Source of the DNA: an uncultured Gemmatimonadaceae bacterium
Lineage (GTDB): Bacteria; Gemmatimonadota; Gemmatimonadetes; Gemmatimonadales; Gemmatimonadaceae
DNA: 64,000 nucleotides
Direction: 5' to 3'
NCBI GenBank assembly: GCA_963843845.1
Contig: CAWJMB010000002.1
Span: 96,001-160,000, forward strand
Shown here: in pieces, positions 59,353-64,000 of the stretch
Numbering within the stretch: position 1 is the stretch's first letter
How the letters are laid out: the number at the start of each line of letters is the position of its first letter
Notes under the pieces: model-generated
What the model saw: the letters and a program-made list of their open reading frames with translations, nothing else
Database searches by the model: none
Told to the model about the DNA's origin: nothing
Translations under genes and position numbers: made by a program

Positions 59353-59985
59353 GTGATGATGCGACGACTGGCCGGACTGTTCTCGGTCGTGACACTGGCG
59401 GTGACGGTCGCCGTTCCGCTGCGCGCACAGTCGCCGAACTCGCCGGCCGCTCGCGCCCGCGCCGACAGCGGGCGCCCGCCGTACACCCCGGCCGACGTCC
59501 GCTTCATGTCGGGGATGATCGGGCACCACGCGCAGGCCGTGCTCATGGCCGGCTGGGCGCCGTCGCACGGCGCGAGCCCCGGGCTCGGCATCCTCGCCGA
59601 GCGCATCGCCGTCGCGCAGCGCGACGAGATCGCGTTCATGCAGCGGTGGCTCGGCGACCGCGCATTGCCGGTGCCGAACGGCGTGGCGTCGGTCGCGGCG
59701 CACGACGTGGGCGGTCACGACATGACCGACCACGCGATGATGCCCGGCATGCTGACCGCCGCGGAGCTCGAGCAGCTCGACGCGGCGCGCGGCGTCGAGT
59801 TCGAGCGACTGTTCCTGACGTTCATGATCCGGCACCACGAGGGCGCGCTGTCGATGGTGAGCGCGCTGTTCGCGTCGCCGGGCGCGGGGCAGGACGACGA
59901 GATCTTCAAGTTCGCGTCCGACGTCAGCGCGGATCAGGAGACGGAGATCGATCGCATGCTGCTCATGCTGCGCAGGATCAAGTAG
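59353..59985 (+). CDS. DUF305 (ferritin-like, CopM-related) secreted protein
   Basis: DVRFMSGMIGHHAQAVLM, QRDEIAFM, MPGM, FLTFMIRHHEGALSM, QETEIDRM. Confidence 0.9.
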   Translation: MMMRRLAGLFSVVTLAVTVAVPLRAQSPNSPAARARADSGRPPYTPADVRFMSGMIGHHAQAVLMAGWAPSHGASPGLGILAERIAVAQRDEIAFMQRWLGDRALPVPNGVASVAAHDVGGHDMTDHAMMPGMLTAAELEQLDAARGVEFERLFLTFMIRHHEGALSMVSALFASPGAGQDDEIFKFASDVSADQETEIDRMLLMLRRIK

Positions 59986-59996
59986 CCCACTCCCAC

Positions 59997-60113
59997 CATC
60001 ATTCCGAGCGCAGCGAGGAATCGCCGGGGGTCGGCCGTCACGCCAGCCAGCGCGAAGTCCTCGGCGGCGCTTCAGTCCAGACAGCGCGATTCCTCGCTGC
60101 GCTCGGAACGACG
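59997..60113. repeat. Full inverted pair of the CCTCGCT(C/G)CGCTCGG REP-like family
   Basis: TTCCGAGCGCAGCGAGGAATCGC ... GCGATTCCTCGCTGCGCTCGGAA. Confidence 0.85.
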
Positions 60114-60150
60114 GTCCGGAACTGCGACCCTTCCCACACACCGAGGCCTC

Positions 60151-61989
60151 GTGAGACACTTCCTGCCCGCCGCGCTCCTCGCGCTCCCCGCCGCCGCGTT
60201 CGCGCAGGGCGCCAACCCTGCCGCGCCGAGCCCCGACCCGCGCGTGGGGCTCACGGCCGGCTGGTTCGACGCCGGCGAGGCGATCTGGAACCTCCGCAAG
60301 GTCTCCGCGACGCGCCCGTCGAAGGACTTCATCAACGAGACGACGCCCGGCGACGCGCGGCTCAAGAACTCCGACCTCGCCTTCACCGGGAACCTCGTGT
60401 TCCAGGGGAACTACAGTGGCTGGCAGGTCTGGGACATCGCGAACCCCGCGCGGCCCGTGCTGCGGACCGCGTACGTCTGTCCGGGCTCGCAGAGCGACGT
60501 CACCGTCTACGGCAAGCTGTTGTTCGTCTCCGCCGAGGCGACGAGCGGGCGCACCGACTGTGGGCTCGGCGGCGTGAACGAGCCGGTGAGCACGGTGCGG
60601 GCGCGCGGCATCCGCATCTTCGACATCAGCGACGTCGCCAAGCCGAAGTCGGTCGCGATCGTGCAGACGTGCCGCGGGTCGCACACGAACACGCTCGTCA
60701 CCGACCCGAAGGACACGGAGAACATCTACGTCTACGTCTCCGGGTCCGCCGCCGTGCGCTCGGCGCAGGAGCTTCCGGGCTGCTCGGGCGCGGACCTCAC
60801 CGAGGACCCGAACTCGGCGCTGTTCCGCATCGAGGTCATCAAGGTGCCGCTCGCGCACCCGGAGCGCGCGGCGATCGTCTCCTCGCCTCGCATCTTCCAG
60901 GACCTCGCCGCGCCGCCGCGCCACGACGAGATGCCGGCCGACGTCGCCGCGTCTGCGGCCGCGCGTGCCGCGCGAGCGCCGGCGCCGGCGGGTGGCGAGG
61001 CTCCCGAGGCCGCAGCGCCGCGCCGCCCACAGTCGCGCGGCGGCCCGACCCAGTGCCACGACATCACCGTCTATCCGGCGATCGGGCTGGCCGGCGGCGC
61101 GTGCGGCGGCTACGGACTGTTGCTCGACATCAGCGACGTGGCCCACCCGAAGCGCATCGGCGCCGTCGCCGACTCCAACTTCTCGTTCTGGCACTCGGCG
61201 ACGTTCAGCAACGACGGCCGGAAAGTGCTCTTCTCCGACGAGTGGGGGGGCGGCACGGCGCCGCGCTGCCGCTCGACCGACAGGCCGGAGTGGGGCGCCG
61301 ACGCGATCTTCACGCTGAACGACCGGAAGGAGTTCCAGTTCGAGAGCTACTACAAGCTCCCCGCCGCGCAGACGCCGGAGGAGAACTGCGTCGCGCACAA
61401 CGGAACGCTGATCCCGATCCCGGGGCGCGAGGTCATGGTGCAGTCGTGGTATCAGGGCGGACTGTCGCTGTTCGACTGGACCGACCCGAAGCGTCCGATC
61501 GAGATCGCCTACTTCGACCGCGGCCCGATGGACGCGACGCGGCTCACGAGCGCCGGCTACTGGTCGTCGTACTGGTACAACGGGTACATCGTCGCCTCCG
61601 AGATCGCGCGCGGCCTCGACCTCTTCGAACTGACGCCGAGCGCGTGGCTGTCGCAGAACGAGATCGACGCGGCGAAGACGGTGCGCTTCGACCACTTCAA
61701 CGCGCAGGAGCAGCCGAAGCTCGTCTGGCCGGCGACGTTCGCGATGCCGCGCGCGTTCCTCGACCAGCTCGAGCGCTCGCAGGGACTGTCGGCGGCGCGC
61801 CTCGCGTCGGTGCGCGCGGAGCTGACGCGGGTCGAGAAGCTCTCGGGCGCCGCGCGGCGCGACGCGCTCGCGGCGCTCTCGACGGCGCTGCACGCGGAGG
61901 CGCGGTCGTCGTCGGACGCGGCGAAGGCGCACATGCTGGCGAGCGCGGTCGGCGATCTCGCGACGGCTGGCGTGCGCGTCACCAAGTAA
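60151..61989 (+). CDS. Secreted LVIVD-repeat protein
   Basis: NSDLAF, QGNYSG, CPGSQSDV, TCRGSHT, QCHDIT, FWHSATF, SDEWGGG, ENCVAHNG, QSWYQGG. Confidence 0.85.
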   Translation: MRHFLPAALLALPAAAFAQGANPAAPSPDPRVGLTAGWFDAGEAIWNLRKVSATRPSKDFINETTPGDARLKNSDLAFTGNLVFQGNYSGWQVWDIANPARPVLRTAYVCPGSQSDVTVYGKLLFVSAEATSGRTDCGLGGVNEPVSTVRARGIRIFDISDVAKPKSVAIVQTCRGSHTNTLVTDPKDTENIYVYVSGSAAVRSAQELPGCSGADLTEDPNSALFRIEVIKVPLAHPERAAIVSSPRIFQDLAAPPRHDEMPADVAASAAARAARAPAPAGGEAPEAAAPRRPQSRGGPTQCHDITVYPAIGLAGGACGGYGLLLDISDVAHPKRIGAVADSNFSFWHSATFSNDGRKVLFSDEWGGGTAPRCRSTDRPEWGADAIFTLNDRKEFQFESYYKLPAAQTPEENCVAHNGTLIPIPGREVMVQSWYQGGLSLFDWTDPKRPIEIAYFDRGPMDATRLTSAGYWSSYWYNGYIVASEIARGLDLFELTPSAWLSQNEIDAAKTVRFDHFNAQEQPKLVWPATFAMPRAFLDQLERSQGLSAARLASVRAELTRVEKLSGAARRDALAALSTALHAEARSSSDAAKAHMLASAVGDLATAGVRVTK

Positions 61990-61997
61990 GCCGGACG

Positions 61998-62405
61998 GTG
62001 CCCGAGACCCGGGTCGGCGTCGGCGTCCTCGTCGTCCGCGACGGCCGCGTACTGCTCGGCCTGCGTCGCGGCAGCCACGGCGCCGGCACGTGGGCGCCGC
62101 CGGGCGGCCACCTCGAGTCGGACGAGACCGTCGAGCAGTGCGCGCGGCGCGAGGCCGAGGAGGAGACCGGCCTCGCGTTAGGCACCGTGTCGCGCGGCCC
62201 GTACGCGGTGAACGACTTCCCCGAGATCCCGGCGCGCTACGTCACGCTGCTCGTGCTCGCTGATGGCGCCGAGGGGGAGCCGCGCGTCATGGAGCCGGCG
62301 AAGTGCGAGCGGTGGGCGTGGTTCGCCTGGGACGCGCTCCCCGAGCCGCTGTTCGCGCCGCTCGCCTCGCTCGTGCGCGGCGGGTGGCGCCCGGACGGGG
62401 TGTAG
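61998..62405 (+). CDS. NUDIX hydrolase (NUDT15-like)
   Basis: RVGVGV, RRGSHGAGTWAPPGGHLE...CARREAEEETGL, MEPAKCERWAW. Confidence 0.9.
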   Translation: MPETRVGVGVLVVRDGRVLLGLRRGSHGAGTWAPPGGHLESDETVEQCARREAEEETGLALGTVSRGPYAVNDFPEIPARYVTLLVLADGAEGEPRVMEPAKCERWAWFAWDALPEPLFAPLASLVRGGWRPDGV

Positions 62406-62479
62406 CCCGTAGCGTGCCGCCTGTGGCCGCCGCGCGCGTCGAGCGAGATTGCTCGCTCACCCTCCGACCGTCCGCCGAC

Positions 62480-63025
62480 ATGCCCGACACGCTCTCCCCG
62501 CTCCAGTCGATCGCCCGCGACCTGCGCGCCGACCGCGAGGTGCTCCGCGCCGCCGTCGACGCCGTCCCGCCGGCGCTGCGCGCGACGCGCCCCGCCCCCG
62601 ACCGCTGGTCGGTGGCCGAGATCCTCGAGCACGTGGCCATGGTCGAGACGCGCACCGCGACGATGCTCGACGCGCGGCTCGCCGAAGCGCCGCCGCGCGA
62701 CACGAGCGCGCAGACGGCGCCCACGCCGTTCGACCGGCTGGGGATGCGCGACCGCACGCGCCCATTCCCCGCGCCGGACTTCGTGCAGCCGACGGGGGCC
62801 GCGGGCGGGGCGGACGCGGCGTGGGCCGCGCTCGAGCAGACATGGCGCGCGATCGACGCGCTGCTCGCGAAGGCGGACGGGCTCGACCTCGCCGCCGTCA
62901 CGCGCCAGCACCCGGCGCTCGGCCACATCGACGGCTATCAGTGGCTCACGTCGCTCGGCGGCCACGCGCTGCGGCACGCGGAGCAGATCCGCGAGATCGG
63001 GGAAGCGTTGGGCGCCTCGGCCTGA
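62480..63025 (+). CDS. DinB family protein
   Basis: WSVAEILEHV, HPALG, HALRHAEQI. Confidence 0.88.
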   Translation: MPDTLSPLQSIARDLRADREVLRAAVDAVPPALRATRPAPDRWSVAEILEHVAMVETRTATMLDARLAEAPPRDTSAQTAPTPFDRLGMRDRTRPFPAPDFVQPTGAAGGADAAWAALEQTWRAIDALLAKADGLDLAAVTRQHPALGHIDGYQWLTSLGGHALRHAEQIREIGEALGASA

Positions 63026-63048
63026 CGGGCGACGGGCGAGGCGCGGGC

Positions 63049-63219
63049 GTGCGCGCCCTGCTGTTCGGCGCGACCGGCATGGTCGGCCAGCCGGCCGGGA
63101 GGGCGCGCACCGAGCACCGCGCGTGGTTCGCGGCGGCCTCGGCGCTCGCGCGGAGCCCGTTCCACCGCGGCTTCCGGGTGTTCCCGGCGGGGGCGGCGTG
63201 GCTGCCGTACCCGCCGTAG
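63049..63219 (+). pseudogene. Epimerase N-terminal remnant fused to unrelated sequence
   Basis: VRALLFGATGMVGQ Rossmann start, then sequence lacking the rest of the fold. Confidence 0.4.
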
Positions 63220-63270
63220 CGGGCGGGTGACCGGAGGTTAGAGTTCGGGACCCTCCACCCCCCGCCGCCC

Positions 63271-63909
63271 ATGTCGACTCGCCCCTCCCTCGCGCGCCCC
63301 GCCCTCGTCCGCCTCGCCTCGCTCGGCGCCCTCGGCGCGATGTCCTCCGCGCTCGCCGCGCCCGCCGTCGCGCAGCCGGCGTCGCTGCCGACGCCCGACC
63401 AGCAGATCGCCGCCGCCGTGCAGGCGCTCCCGAAGGACCTGCGCGCCGGCGCGACCGTCATGGGCTATCGCACCGCCGCCGGCAAGCTCGAGATCCTGCG
63501 CAGGGGCACGAACTCGATGACGTGTCTCGCGCAGTTCGCCGTCGAGCCGAACTTCCACGTCTCGTGCTATCACGACGGGCTCGAGCCGTTCATGGCCCGC
63601 GGTCGCGCGCTGCGCGACGAAGGCGTCGCGGGGGCGCAGGTCGACAGCGTGCGCTTCCGCGAGGTGGCGAGCGGCAAGCTCGCGATGCCGAAGCAGGGCG
63701 CGCTCTATCAGCTGTTCGGCACGAAGACGAGCTGGAACGCGAGCACCGGCGCGCTGACCGACGTGAAGCCGCTGATGGTGATGTACATCCCCGGCGCGAC
63801 GGTGGCGAGCACCGGTCTCTCGCCGGCGCCGTCGCAGACGAGCCCGTGGATCATGTTCCCCGGTACACCGAAGGCGCACATCATGATCACGGGGACGATG
63901 ACCCCCTGA
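63271..63909 (+). CDS. Secreted hypothetical protein
   Basis: Signal peptide ending AVAQ; GATVMGY, GTNSMTCLA, VSCYH, PWIMFPGTPKAHIMI. Confidence 0.8.
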   Translation: MSTRPSLARPALVRLASLGALGAMSSALAAPAVAQPASLPTPDQQIAAAVQALPKDLRAGATVMGYRTAAGKLEILRRGTNSMTCLAQFAVEPNFHVSCYHDGLEPFMARGRALRDEGVAGAQVDSVRFREVASGKLAMPKQGALYQLFGTKTSWNASTGALTDVKPLMVMYIPGATVASTGLSPAPSQTSPWIMFPGTPKAHIMITGTMTP

Positions 63910-64000
63910 GTCGAGGTGTGTCGACCGTCGCCCTCGCGACCGGCGTCGAGCTGCACCGCTCCGCTCACGACGACCGCCACGACTCCCGTCACCACGCCCG

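Noticed and set aside
441..62183. GTTAGGC/GCCTAAC as integron attC sites or a cassette array
   Set aside because: Copies are isolated and inside genes, not paired as RYYYAAC...GTTRRRY hairpins at gene ends, and no integrase is in the window
441..62183. GTTAGGC as a Chi or KOPS replichore-polarised signal
   Set aside because: Both orientations occur on both sides of oriC; orientation follows the coding strand
1..64000. tRNA, rRNA or riboswitch genes
   Set aside because: No cloverleaf, rRNA or known riboswitch signature recognised by eye; a covariance-model scan would be needed to exclude small ncRNAs

Overview
High-GC bacterial chromosomal window, most likely Gemmatimonadota (inferred from protein sequences and gene content), that spans the replication origin: mnmE-(MBL-fold)-yidC-yidD-rnpA-rpmH <> dnaA-oriC-dnaN. 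It is flanked by ordinary metabolic and envelope genes (TonB-dependent receptor plus lipoprotein, panE, Slt, upp, sthA, qor, MFS). A resistance-like block at 45-50.5 kb holds a subclass B3 metallo-beta-lactamase, a membrane-anchored LuxR/DUF4199 pair and a close AAC(6')-Ib homologue. A periplasmic redox block at 50.5-62 kb holds a Tat flavoprotein, two c-type cytochromes, a PQQ-type dehydrogenase, HupE/UreJ, two NHL propellers and DUF305-LVIVD. I found no rRNA, tRNA, CRISPR array, transposase or integrase. The strongest unexplained signal is the heptamer GTTAGGC: 18 copies counted by eye, 17 as CGTTAGGC, always on the coding strand and 17 times as a rare-codon Leu(TTA)-Gly(GGC) pair, with the variants GTTGGGC and GCTAGGC in the same context. 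Three families of dispersed palindromic repeats are present, two of which have entered coding sequence (dnaA, yidC, MFS). Two patches (about 19.9-26.8 kb and 53.8-59.3 kb) carry many single-base frameshifts that are most likely consensus errors. Starts were adjusted by eye and family names come from motif recognition, not database searches.
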